Of a stretch of 64,000 nt of DNA, positions 40,985 through 50,287 are shown in pieces; within the stretch, counting starts at the first letter, position 1; the number at the start of each line of letters is the position of its first letter. The notes below the pieces were generated by a model. It made no database searches. It saw nothing but the letters and a program-made list of their open reading frames with translations, and had not been told where the DNA came from. The translations under genes and the position numbers were made by a program. The stretch is taken from NCBI GenBank assembly GCA_965203515.1, contig OZ241907.1:2688001-2752000 (forward strand), read 5' to 3'. The DNA comes from Spirochaetia bacterium. GTDB lineage: Bacteria > Spirochaetota > Spirochaetia > SZUA-6 > Bin103.

Positions 40985-42712
40985 ATGCTCGACAGCAGTC
41001 GAAGTCGTACCGAGGTCGTGTCCGAAGTGGTGTTTCTCGGGAAGCTCATCGAACGTATAATGGCCGGGAAGATCCGCGTGCCGCGGTTCCAGCGGGCGTT
41101 CGTGTGGAAGCAGGCGGACCTGCACGCGCTGCTCGAAAGCATCCTGCGCGGATTTCCGATCGGTTCCATCCTCGTTTGGGATACCGGGGAGAACATCGCA
41201 TCGACCGAACGTATCGGGCCGGTCCCAATCACTCCCGCGCCGGCCGCGCCGATCGGCTACCTGCTCGACGGGCAGCAGCGCGTCTCTACGCTGGCCGGTA
41301 CGCTGCGATTGACCGACGAGATGGAGCATACCGTGGACCAGGTAGACTGGCGCGTGTACTGCGACCTCGACACCCTGGAGTTTCACCGCGCACCGGCAGA
41401 CGGCCTCAAGGCGCATCATTTTCCGGTCCGGAGCTTGCTCAATACCGCCGGCTTCTTCGACGCGTGCCGCCGCATCCAGTCGGAAGTCGATGATCCTGAT
41501 CAGAGCCGGCACTGGCTGGAAGAGGCGGACCGCCTCGCCGGCGCGTTTCGGGACTACCAGCTTCCTCTCATCCATATTCGCGAGGCTGACCTGGACAGCG
41601 CGGTTACCGTGTTTGCCCGGCTGAACCGCACCGGGCGCAAGATTACGGCCGACGAAATGGTATCGGCGTTGACCTACGACGCCGGGACGTTCCATCTTGC
41701 CCAGCGGCTGAGCGAGTTTCAGGCTGAGCTCACCCCGCGCGGTTTCGGGAACATCGACCGCGTCTTCCTGTTGCGAGCCGTGTTGGCAGCCCTGGATCGC
41801 GACATCTACGCGAAGGATTGGGCTGACATCATGGTCAAGGACGAGGTTCGCGCACAGCTTCCGAGTGCCTTTGCGCACGCCGCGCAAGGAATCCGGCGCG
41901 CGTTGGATCTCCTCAAGACGCTCGGCGTCACCTGCGATCGGTTGCTGCCCTATGGACTCCAACTCGTACTGCTCGGCGAATTCTTCCGGCGCTGTCCGGA
42001 GCCAACCGATCCGGTCGTAGAGCGGCTGAAACGCTGGTTCTGGGTAACCTCATTTACCGGCTGGTTCGGCGGGGTCAACACCGCGCAGGCCAAACGCGCC
42101 TTGAGCGAGGTCATCCAGCTTGCCGAGGGCACCGGGGCCGGGTTCAGCGTCATCGATCATGACGCGCCGGCGCAACCGTTTCCTGACCGATTCGATGGCC
42201 GGAGCGCTCGCGTACGCGCCTTTCTGCTCTATCTTGCGTCGCTCAACCCGCGTTCTATTCTTGATGAGGAGACAACACTCGATCCGGGGGAACTGCTCTC
42301 CACCGCGGGAACCGGAGCCGTCGGATACGTGTCGAAGAACCAGCCGCTTGGGCACCTGATTCGCAGCCCGGCGAACCGCATGTTCGTGGATCGAGGCCAC
42401 GTCGGTCAGGTGTTCCGCGTGTTGCAGGGTATGGGCGACCGACGGCTGCGGGAGCTGCTGCCAACGCACGGCTTTCCGGTGGACTCGATCCAGCGGTTGC
42501 GAGCCGGCGACCGCGAGGGGTTGATCCAGGCGCGGCTGGAGACGCTGATCGACGGTGAGCGGGAGTTCATGACCAAGTTGAACGTAGTGCCGCCGGCGGA
42601 GCGGACTGCGGCAACGGTTGCGGACAGCGACGTTTCTGATGAGGATGAAAATGATGAACCTTTGAATTTTGTATATGAAGCAGAGAAGATCGACATATTA
42701 CCCTATTTATGA
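40985..42712 (+). CDS. DUF262 (GmrS/ParB-Srx-like) domain protein
   Basis: VPRFQRAFVW, PIGSILVW, LLDGQQR, VFARLN. Confidence 0.88.
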   Translation: MLDSSRSRTEVVSEVVFLGKLIERIMAGKIRVPRFQRAFVWKQADLHALLESILRGFPIGSILVWDTGENIASTERIGPVPITPAPAAPIGYLLDGQQRVSTLAGTLRLTDEMEHTVDQVDWRVYCDLDTLEFHRAPADGLKAHHFPVRSLLNTAGFFDACRRIQSEVDDPDQSRHWLEEADRLAGAFRDYQLPLIHIREADLDSAVTVFARLNRTGRKITADEMVSALTYDAGTFHLAQRLSEFQAELTPRGFGNIDRVFLLRAVLAALDRDIYAKDWADIMVKDEVRAQLPSAFAHAAQGIRRALDLLKTLGVTCDRLLPYGLQLVLLGEFFRRCPEPTDPVVERLKRWFWVTSFTGWFGGVNTAQAKRALSEVIQLAEGTGAGFSVIDHDAPAQPFPDRFDGRSARVRAFLLYLASLNPRSILDEETTLDPGELLSTAGTGAVGYVSKNQPLGHLIRSPANRMFVDRGHVGQVFRVLQGMGDRRLRELLPTHGFPVDSIQRLRAGDREGLIQARLETLIDGEREFMTKLNVVPPAERTAATVADSDVSDEDENDEPLNFVYEAEKIDILPYL

Positions 42713-42846
42713 ACTTGGAGACATAGAGATTTAGGTCCAGCCGCTATTGATGAGCAATACTCCGAGATCGAGATCTTCACGATCGACCACGGGATAACCC
42801 GCCCCGACGCGGACCGCAGGCGAAGCAAGCCGCGGCACCGGTCGGT

Positions 42847-44010
42847 TCAGCCATCCCGTACGTTACCGGTCCGTACCCGGTCCTCCCACTCGCCGTGCAG
42901 GTGATGCAGGAAGTCGCGAGGCGTGACGCCTTCGATTCCTCGTTGCTCAGACTGATCCCGACATATGCGGAACATTTCATTCAGATCGTCGGCTCCAAAC
43001 AGGTCGCCGGCTCCCTGCTCCTCGCCTTGCACGCGTGGGTTCGATCTCGCCGCCTCGCGCCCTCGTTTCAAGTAGAAATCGAACAGTCGGCGGGCCTCCG
43101 TCCGGTCTTTGATCGGCGACAACGTTATGATGTCCTGCAGACGGCCTGCCAATGCGGGAAGCATCGCGAAATAACGGTCGCGGGCCTGGGGAGTCATCGC
43201 CAGCATCAGGAACAGCCGCTCCGGCAAGGCGTCGATCAACGCCCGTATGGAGAGGAGGAAGCGGAGCACCGGGGTCTTGCTGAGCGAGTAGTCCTGTTTC
43301 TCGAGCTCGTCCAGCAACAGGAAAACACCCTCCAGGAGCTGCAACCGTTCGCTGACATAGATGATGTCGCGCAGGGCCTGCGTACGTGATTCGACCGTAT
43401 CCAGCCGGAAGCTCACGCCGAGCACCTCGCGGTGCCGCTTCAGCACGCGCAAGCCCAGGAACCAATCCAGAGCCAGTTGAGCGCACTCGGCTATCCGTTC
43501 GTTATCGTTACTATCGCCCGCTCCCTCCAAACTGTTGAGAACGATCCTCACGTCATGGTGTAGAGCACGTTCCTTGGCACTGTTTCTCACGGCTTCGCTG
43601 CCGTGTGCGAGCTTCCTGCCGATGTCTTCGAAGTGGCCACGGTCGAAGCTCTGGAGAATCTTCCTCAGCACCGAATCGAACGACGGCTCCGGATCCGGGT
43701 AGTATCTGATGATATAGTATGCCTTGCTATCCCGGTAGTAATCGCGGAACTGATCTTCATAGTAGTTGAGCAGGTTCGTCTTGCCGACGCCCTGCGTTCC
43801 CTCGATCGTGATCACCTGCGAGGCATGGCTGCCTTCCTCGAACTGCCGGAAACGATCCACTACCTCGTCGTCGATCGCATCTTCCAGTCGCGGGTGGCCC
43901 GACGGCTGCCCTGCGGAGGGAAAGGGATTGTCGATCACGCCATACTTCCGATACAGAGTCCGCTGTCGGACCTCGGAATCCGTGCGCTTCATCCGCTCAC
44001 GAAGGCTCAT
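42847..44010 (-). CDS. P-loop ATPase (AAA+/BrxD- or STAND-like)
   Basis: N-terminal NPF, GTQGVGKT, LLLDELE, LAGRL, TPRDFL. Confidence 0.8.
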   Translation of the reverse strand: MSLRERMKRTDSEVRQRTLYRKYGVIDNPFPSAGQPSGHPRLEDAIDDEVVDRFRQFEEGSHASQVITIEGTQGVGKTNLLNYYEDQFRDYYRDSKAYYIIRYYPDPEPSFDSVLRKILQSFDRGHFEDIGRKLAHGSEAVRNSAKERALHHDVRIVLNSLEGAGDSNDNERIAECAQLALDWFLGLRVLKRHREVLGVSFRLDTVESRTQALRDIIYVSERLQLLEGVFLLLDELEKQDYSLSKTPVLRFLLSIRALIDALPERLFLMLAMTPQARDRYFAMLPALAGRLQDIITLSPIKDRTEARRLFDFYLKRGREAARSNPRVQGEEQGAGDLFGADDLNEMFRICRDQSEQRGIEGVTPRDFLHHLHGEWEDRVRTGNVRDG

Positions 44011-46082
44011 CGATCCCCCTTCGACAGCCTGATACTGACGGCGGCTCGGCCCGGCATCAGGAAGTCGCCGTGATAGAGATTGACGTTGCGCACTTTGGGA
44101 ACCCCGTCGTCGAAGCTGAGTACATGGAGATTTCTGTTCCCGTATCTGGTTTCCGGAGTCGATCCTTCCACGTAACGGCGGATATGTCCACCCTGATGAG
44201 CCTCCGCCAAGCGCTGGCGCGCGCGCACCGGGTGTATGCCGAAGCGTTGGGTCATCTCATCCAGCCAAGCGCCCGTGAGGGCGTAATCTTCTCCCCGCCG
44301 TACCGTTTCGTAAGCCGCGAGGGCCGGACGTGAGAAGTGCTCCGGCACCGGATTCTCCGGCGTCGCGTAGATTCCCACGTCGGCGAAGCGCACGCCCGCG
44401 CAACACAGCTCCGCCAAGGCGCAGTAGGGACGAAAGGCGGTCGCGCGTATCTTGGAATCATCCTGCGTCAATGGACTCGCGACCGCCATGCGGGTAAGAA
44501 AAGTGCTGAACGATGGTACCCACGAAAGCAGCTCCCGCATCTCATCGAATGCACGGTCGGCCATACTGCGGATCAAGGAGGAGAGGCGGCCCGTCTTCTG
44601 CAGTTCCGCACCGCTCGCGATGGCGAATCCTCCCGAGCACAGGAATCTAAAATACTGTTCGTAGGAGACCATTTTGTTGACGTGCGCCGCCTCCATTCCC
44701 GCTACGTCATACAGCGCGCCATGCTGATCCAGCGCCGCCATGAGATCGATCATAGAGCTGGGACTGAAGCTGTAGGCGCCGGATAGTGCCCGGCTCCGCG
44801 GCGCGGGTATGATCGTCGAGGTGGATACAAGGGTCGAGTCCGCCTCCGTAGAGTCAGGGGCGACCTTGATCTTCGGCGGCGAAGGCTTCGCGACAGCAGA
44901 CGTCGGTACCGCCCGCGTCCAGAGAAGATCTTCGCGAGCATGATCGGGATCCGAGGAACGTTCCCCAATCGCGACAGCTTCGAATGAGTCGCCGGAAGCG
45001 ATGCCGATCAGACGGGCCGAGCCAAACGTCACGGCCAGTTCCCAGAGGATGGCGCCCAAGGAAACCGAGTAGGTACGAAGAGCATCGGTCACGAATGGCT
45101 TGAACGTGACGCCGCTCAGGGTGGAGCCGAGCAGCGCCGATGCCGCGTTCGTATCGAAAAAGATCGGTTCTATCCCCTCGGCCAGAGCCATGCGCGCAAG
45201 GCCCTGATCGGCCGTCATCAACATCACGGGATGATCGGGGGCGGCGTCATCCCGTCGTTGCACCGCCGTCTCCAGAATGAGACGGTCGGCGAAGCTCCTC
45301 TGTATCATCTGCAGGCCCAGTTTCCTGTCTTCGGCATCGGAATCGGGCTGAACGATGCCGCGCAGCGGTTCGGCCCCGAGTCGCGGTCGTTCCACCCGAT
45401 GAGCCCGTCCCAGCCTGATGAGGGTCCGTTGTCCGGCTTGACTCAGCATGTGGTCGACCAACATGCCAGACCTGGGCCTTTTGTACCGCTGGCTGATGTA
45501 GCGGTCGACGAAGTTCTGTATCTCCATCTGCACGATCGCCGGAACGCGCAGGCGGGCGGCCGGTGTCAAGTGGCGGGCGGCAAAGTCGAGTCCCCCTTGC
45601 AGCACGGCCGACGTGTCCATTACGATCCCGACAGTCCTGCGAAACGGCAGCTTCGAAAGGGTCGTCGCGTCGAGGACGGGATGCGCCAAGCTGCAGCGGA
45701 TGGCGGCGTGGGCCACGCCCGCGGCTACTTTACTGATATCCTTTGATATTCGGTCGCAGTCCTGGCGATCAGTTATCTCGTTCGCCAATGCCTCGGTCAG
45801 TTTACTCGTCAGGCACTCCTCTCCTGGAAGCTCCCAGTCGAAGAAGCCGTATCGGAATGCCTGCTGCAGCAAGGCGTTCCGGTCCTCCGCATCCTGTGAT
45901 GCAGCCGGCAATTCGGGATGCAAGGATACGGTGCCGACCGACACCCAGGCGTCGGGTCGAAAGCACTTGTCTTCACGAACTTCGAGCCGCAGGCGTTCGC
46001 CGCCGGGCTTGGCGCAAGCGGCAAAGAGGACGGCCAGGGCCGCCTCAGCGCCGGTAACGGATCGCGGTACGTACTCGCTCAT
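44007..46082 (-). CDS. PIN-domain nuclease with long C-terminal extension
   Basis: VMDTSA..MEI..FADRLIL..LMTADQGLARMA..EGI; ATGA overlaps on both sides. Confidence 0.75.
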   Translation of the reverse strand: MSEYVPRSVTGAEAALAVLFAACAKPGGERLRLEVREDKCFRPDAWVSVGTVSLHPELPAASQDAEDRNALLQQAFRYGFFDWELPGEECLTSKLTEALANEITDRQDCDRISKDISKVAAGVAHAAIRCSLAHPVLDATTLSKLPFRRTVGIVMDTSAVLQGGLDFAARHLTPAARLRVPAIVQMEIQNFVDRYISQRYKRPRSGMLVDHMLSQAGQRTLIRLGRAHRVERPRLGAEPLRGIVQPDSDAEDRKLGLQMIQRSFADRLILETAVQRRDDAAPDHPVMLMTADQGLARMALAEGIEPIFFDTNAASALLGSTLSGVTFKPFVTDALRTYSVSLGAILWELAVTFGSARLIGIASGDSFEAVAIGERSSDPDHAREDLLWTRAVPTSAVAKPSPPKIKVAPDSTEADSTLVSTSTIIPAPRSRALSGAYSFSPSSMIDLMAALDQHGALYDVAGMEAAHVNKMVSYEQYFRFLCSGGFAIASGAELQKTGRLSSLIRSMADRAFDEMRELLSWVPSFSTFLTRMAVASPLTQDDSKIRATAFRPYCALAELCCAGVRFADVGIYATPENPVPEHFSRPALAAYETVRRGEDYALTGAWLDEMTQRFGIHPVRARQRLAEAHQGGHIRRYVEGSTPETRYGNRNLHVLSFDDGVPKVRNVNLYHGDFLMPGRAAVSIRLSKGDR

Positions 46083-46546
46083 CGGAGCAGAACGGACGCA
46101 TCCGGGACGTCGGCGTAGACTCCCGCCACCCACAGAAAGTGGCGGAGCACGCCAAGCGCGGCGTTGGCGCGCAGATTCAGATCCCCGCTACCCGTGGGCA
46201 CCGTGTCCGGGCAGTCCGACCAGAATGTCCCGGCGCGTACCTTGGAATCCTCAAGCAGATCGGACAACGCGCGGCGGAAGCGGCTCACGCCGCGTTTGGC
46301 CGGAGGCTCGTGCTGGCTGAACGGGCGCAGCAAGCGGTCTTGGATCAGATCAATCACTTCCACGTTGCATGATCCAAAGGGGCCATGCAGGCCGGAGTCC
46401 CATGAGTAAATCTGTTTCAGGATAACCGTCTCGTCGAGCGGCGAAAACCGGTCCGATCCCGTCCCGTCATCCTCGGCATACCGGTACGTACGATCGAGGG
46501 ATGCAGGTCGCCAGATCGACAGGCGAAGGTCAGGTACGTCCAGCAT
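46079..46546 (-). CDS. Hypothetical protein (155 aa)
   Basis: Overlaps both neighbours; no motif recognised. Confidence 0.65.
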   Translation of the reverse strand: MLDVPDLRLSIWRPASLDRTYRYAEDDGTGSDRFSPLDETVILKQIYSWDSGLHGPFGSCNVEVIDLIQDRLLRPFSQHEPPAKRGVSRFRRALSDLLEDSKVRAGTFWSDCPDTVPTGSGDLNLRANAALGVLRHFLWVAGVYADVPDASVLLR

Positions 46547-47018
46547 TGCAATCAGTGAGCAGGATGCGGAGGGCCTTCAGCACGCGGCGGGGGCGGCGGC
46601 GGTGGATCGCCATGCCCGCCCAGTACGCGGCTTCCTCAGGCTCCATCGCCTCGATGCCCGCGGTCACCATCCGCATGTTATCGCGATTGCGCATCGGCGC
46701 AAGGGCGCGGAACAGCAGCCCCAGCAGCAGCGCCGCCTCCTCCGGCAGCGGATAGCCGCGGTCCGCGCCGCCGGCGCGCGGGCCGAGGCGGACGCCGGCT
46801 CGCGCCAGCCGGCGCAGCACGCGGTGTTCGATCAGGTCGAGGTTGGCGCCGTGCAGGCGGGCGACGCGCTGCGCCCGCTTCATCTGCGGCGTGGCCGGCG
46901 CCGGCAACTGCCAGACCGCGTATTCGGCGGCGCCGGGCCGGTGCCGGCGCACCCGCAGCTCGTAGCGCGGCGCCGACGCGGCCGGCTCGATGCGGATCTC
47001 CCGCTCCGCGCGCGCCAT
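46530..47018 (-). CDS. Small accessory protein of DUF499 system (DUF3780-equivalent position)
   Basis: TGATG coupling to DUF499; LPEEAALLLGLLF..MEPEEAAYW motif. Confidence 0.7.
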   Translation of the reverse strand: MARAEREIRIEPAASAPRYELRVRRHRPGAAEYAVWQLPAPATPQMKRAQRVARLHGANLDLIEHRVLRRLARAGVRLGPRAGGADRGYPLPEEAALLLGLLFRALAPMRNRDNMRMVTAGIEAMEPEEAAYWAGMAIHRRRPRRVLKALRILLTDCNAGRT

Positions 47019-50000
47019 CACGCCGCCTGCGCCGCGGCGGTCGCCGCCACGTACGCCGCCCCGCCGGCGAACCTCGCCAACCGTTCGGCGAGCCGCTCCG
47101 CGGCGTCGCCCGCCAGCGGCAGGCCGGCGGCGAAGGTGATCCGAAACGACACCTCCAGCGTGCGCGAGGCGCAGTCCCGCAACTGCGGTTCGAGGAACTC
47201 GCGCACCGGCTGCGCGTCCGCCACCGGACCGTTGAACTCCAATATGAAGGACCCGCCGTCGCGGGTCTCGTAGCCGCCGGCCATGGTCACCTCCTTGTCC
47301 GCGCCGGTCACCGCGCCCACCGCGCCGAGCAGCCGGAAGCCGTCGCCGGCCTCGAACATGCGGATCGTCAACTTCGAGACCCGCGCCGCGCCCCCTGCAC
47401 GCGCCTGCTCCCACAGCCGCGTCAGCGCTTCCCGCAGCACGCCCTCGGCGGTGAACTCGCCCGGTCCGGGGCTCTCCGGCGGCAATCCCCCGTCCGGCGG
47501 CTGACGCACCTCCTCGACCGGTACGCCGCCACTGCGGGACCCCTCGTAAGACCCGGCCCCGCCCCCTGGGCGACCACCGGACCCGGACCCGGCGCCGCCC
47601 GGGCGGGGCCAGATGCCCTTGTTGGTGGCGTAGGCCATGGTCAGTACCAGCGCCCGTTCGTCGATCAGCAGGTCGGCCGGCGGGTCGTCCGGGCCGTAGA
47701 GCAGCTCGCCGCGCCGGTAGACGTAGTCGCCTCGCTCCACCCCGCGCCGAATGCCGCGCAGAAAGATGTCGTCGCCGCTCAGGATCGGCAGCGCCGGATC
47801 GCGGCGGAACTCGTCGCGCAGCGCCAGGGTCGTGATCTGGCCGCGCTTGAGCGGCGTGCGGTCGCGCACGTAGGCCGGCGAGTCGGGTTCATCTTCGGCC
47901 AGTCGCAGCTTGGCCAATTCGCGCAACGCGCGAACCACCTGCTGCTGGCCGGCGCCCGGCTGGTCCGACGCCGCCGGCAGCTCGATCGCGGTGTGCGCCA
48001 GATCGACGTCGGCGGCGCCCACGCGGTTGCGCGACGGATAGAACAGGTGGCGGTAGCACTGCTGGATGGCGATCGCCAACTCCTGCTCCGACCGCGCCGC
48101 CTGCTCGCGCACCGTGGCCTGCTGATGCTCGGCCAGCTCCGCCAGCCGTTCCGGGCGCAACAGCGCCTGCAGGGCCAGCCGCCGGACCGCGGCGCGCTGC
48201 ATCTCCGCCTTGCGCTCCGCGTCCGCCACCGCGAACACCAGGTGGTTGCGCAGCATGCGCAGCGCCGAACCCTCCGCCCCCTTGCGGGCGTAGATGCGCG
48301 CGATCAGCTCCGGCGCCGCGCCGACGCTGTCGCCGACCGCCACCCCGTCATAGGCCGGCACGATCAGCCGCGGGCGCCCGTCGCCAACGTCGTCCGGCAC
48401 GTCGAACGGCCCGCCCGGAAACGGCACCAGCTCGAACGCGTCCCCCGAAAACACCCGCTTGATGCGGTCGTTCAGATCGGCGCGGGCATCGCCGGCGTCC
48501 ACGTGCTGTTCTTCGCGGCGGATGATCAGGCTCAGATTGGCCTCCGCCAGGAACCGCAGCGGCGCGCCCGGACGGTCGTCGAGATAGGCCGAATCGGCCA
48601 CGAACCGGCGGCGCGCCTCGTCGATGAAGCCGACGTCGGTAGCCGGGCCGAGCAGGGAGTAGCGCAGCCGCTCCGGCGACAGCCCCTTGAGAGGATCGTT
48701 GAACGCCAGCGTGTGCATGAAGATGGTGCGCGCGACGTAGGCCCCGTAGGGCGGCAGGCCGCCGTGCCGGGCGGCGTCGATCTGCTGCGCCAGCGCTGTG
48801 CCGCCCTCGCCCCCGCCGGCGGCGATGTCGTTGGCGATCGCCGGCAGGTAGGCTGACTGCCCCAGGCGGATGACGATCTCCTGGCGGATCGGCTCATGAC
48901 CCAGGTCGACGTGGTGCAGGTGGATGGCGGCGGCGTCCGAGGGCCGCGCCTGCCAGAGCTGCGCGATGGTGCGCGCCAGCAGCCGCAGCATGCCGCGCAC
49001 GCGCTGGAAGTTGCTCAGCGTGGCGGTCTTGCCGGTGAGGGTGGCCAGCACCTCGGGATGCAGCGGATAGCTCGCGGCGAAGGTCTGCGCGGTCTCCGGG
49101 CGGGCGGCGTCCGCGGGCAGCGCGCCGCCGTGCAGCGCCCACTGCTCGCGGTAGGCGTCGATCGCCGCCTCCGCCCCCGCTTCGTCGATCCTCTCGAACA
49201 GGCGCCGCCGCAGCACTTGGACTGTCTCGTCCTCGGCCGTGGGATCGAGCAGCGTGGCCTTGCGCGCCGACACGCTCTCCGCCTCCGCCATGCGGTCGCC
49301 GATGAAGCGGTTCTCCGCGCCGTAGGCGTCGGTCGCGCGCCCGTCCTTGCCGATCGCCAAGGTGTAGACCAGGGCGGCGTTGGGCGCTCCTTCGACCGCC
49401 TTGAACAGCGAGGTGAGAAACGCGGTCAACTGGTCGCCGGCGCCGGGCAGACGCTGCACCTTGCGCAGGTATACCGACAGCTCGTCGAGCAGGATCAGGG
49501 CCGGCGCGCCGCCGAACAGCTCGCGCAGCGTCTCCGCGCCGGGAGCCGCCCCCTCCCGGTCGCTGCGGCTCACCCGCTCGTAGCCCTGCCGGCCGGCCAG
49601 CGCGTACGCGAGCTCGCCCCACGGCGTGTGCGCCAGCACCCCGTCGCCCAGCGCGCGCCCGTTTGCGGGATCGGCGTTCTCGCCGTCGAACGCCGCCACC
49701 CGCACCGCGCCCGCCGGCAGCAGCGCCGGCGCGACGAACTCGCTCAGGTCGGCGCCGGCTCCCTGCGCGCGCACCGCGTGCGCCAGGGCGATCAGCGCGT
49801 GCGTCTTGCCGCCGCCGTAGGAGGTGTCGAGGCGGAAGATCGCCGCCGCCTCGCCGCCGGCGCCGCTCAGCCGCCGGCAGACGTTGGCGAGCAGGGCCTT
49901 GAGCCCGCGCGTCGGATAGGTGTTGGCGAAGAACCGGACCGGATCGCGGTATTGCGCGCTGCCCCGGCCGGTGACCACTTCGGCCAGGTCGGCGGCGAAG

Positions 50001-50074
50001 TCCGCCTCGGCGACGCTGCCGGCGAGGACGTCGGCGCGCGGCCGGCAGGTCTCGAAGATCGTCGGTACCGCCAT
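47018..50074 (-). CDS. DUF499 ATPase (BrxC-related)
   Basis: FAADL, FFANTYPT, YGGGKTH, LLDEL, SYPLHP, FQRVRG. Confidence 0.9.
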   Translation of the reverse strand: MAVPTIFETCRPRADVLAGSVAEADFAADLAEVVTGRGSAQYRDPVRFFANTYPTRGLKALLANVCRRLSGAGGEAAAIFRLDTSYGGGKTHALIALAHAVRAQGAGADLSEFVAPALLPAGAVRVAAFDGENADPANGRALGDGVLAHTPWGELAYALAGRQGYERVSRSDREGAAPGAETLRELFGGAPALILLDELSVYLRKVQRLPGAGDQLTAFLTSLFKAVEGAPNAALVYTLAIGKDGRATDAYGAENRFIGDRMAEAESVSARKATLLDPTAEDETVQVLRRRLFERIDEAGAEAAIDAYREQWALHGGALPADAARPETAQTFAASYPLHPEVLATLTGKTATLSNFQRVRGMLRLLARTIAQLWQARPSDAAAIHLHHVDLGHEPIRQEIVIRLGQSAYLPAIANDIAAGGGEGGTALAQQIDAARHGGLPPYGAYVARTIFMHTLAFNDPLKGLSPERLRYSLLGPATDVGFIDEARRRFVADSAYLDDRPGAPLRFLAEANLSLIIRREEQHVDAGDARADLNDRIKRVFSGDAFELVPFPGGPFDVPDDVGDGRPRLIVPAYDGVAVGDSVGAAPELIARIYARKGAEGSALRMLRNHLVFAVADAERKAEMQRAAVRRLALQALLRPERLAELAEHQQATVREQAARSEQELAIAIQQCYRHLFYPSRNRVGAADVDLAHTAIELPAASDQPGAGQQQVVRALRELAKLRLAEDEPDSPAYVRDRTPLKRGQITTLALRDEFRRDPALPILSGDDIFLRGIRRGVERGDYVYRRGELLYGPDDPPADLLIDERALVLTMAYATNKGIWPRPGGAGSGSGGRPGGGAGSYEGSRSGGVPVEEVRQPPDGGLPPESPGPGEFTAEGVLREALTRLWEQARAGGAARVSKLTIRMFEAGDGFRLLGAVGAVTGADKEVTMAGGYETRDGGSFILEFNGPVADAQPVREFLEPQLRDCASRTLEVSFRITFAAGLPLAGDAAERLAERLARFAGGAAYVAATAAAQAA

Positions 50075-50076
50075 GC

Positions 50077-50193
50077 TCAGGCCTTCCGCTCGCGCAGCGC
50101 CAACACCAGCATGAACAGCGCCAGCGGGATGAACAGGAGCGGAGCGCCGTGATATTCGTTCGCCGCGACCCGCGGGAACAGCTTTTCGAGCAT
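50077..50193 (-). CDS. 38-aa hydrophobic small ORF
   Basis: GGGGAG RBS; MLEKLFPRVAANEYHGAPLLFIPLALFMLVLALRERKA; ends 2 nt before DUF499 ATG. Confidence 0.45.
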   Translation of the reverse strand: MLEKLFPRVAANEYHGAPLLFIPLALFMLVLALRERKA

Positions 50194-50287
50194 GTCTGGT
50201 ACTCCCCTTCGCTACAGCGGCGCGCGCAGTCGGCCGGCGATCACCGCGCAGTGTGCCATCAGAGCGTACCGGCGGGAAGAGAGCGGT

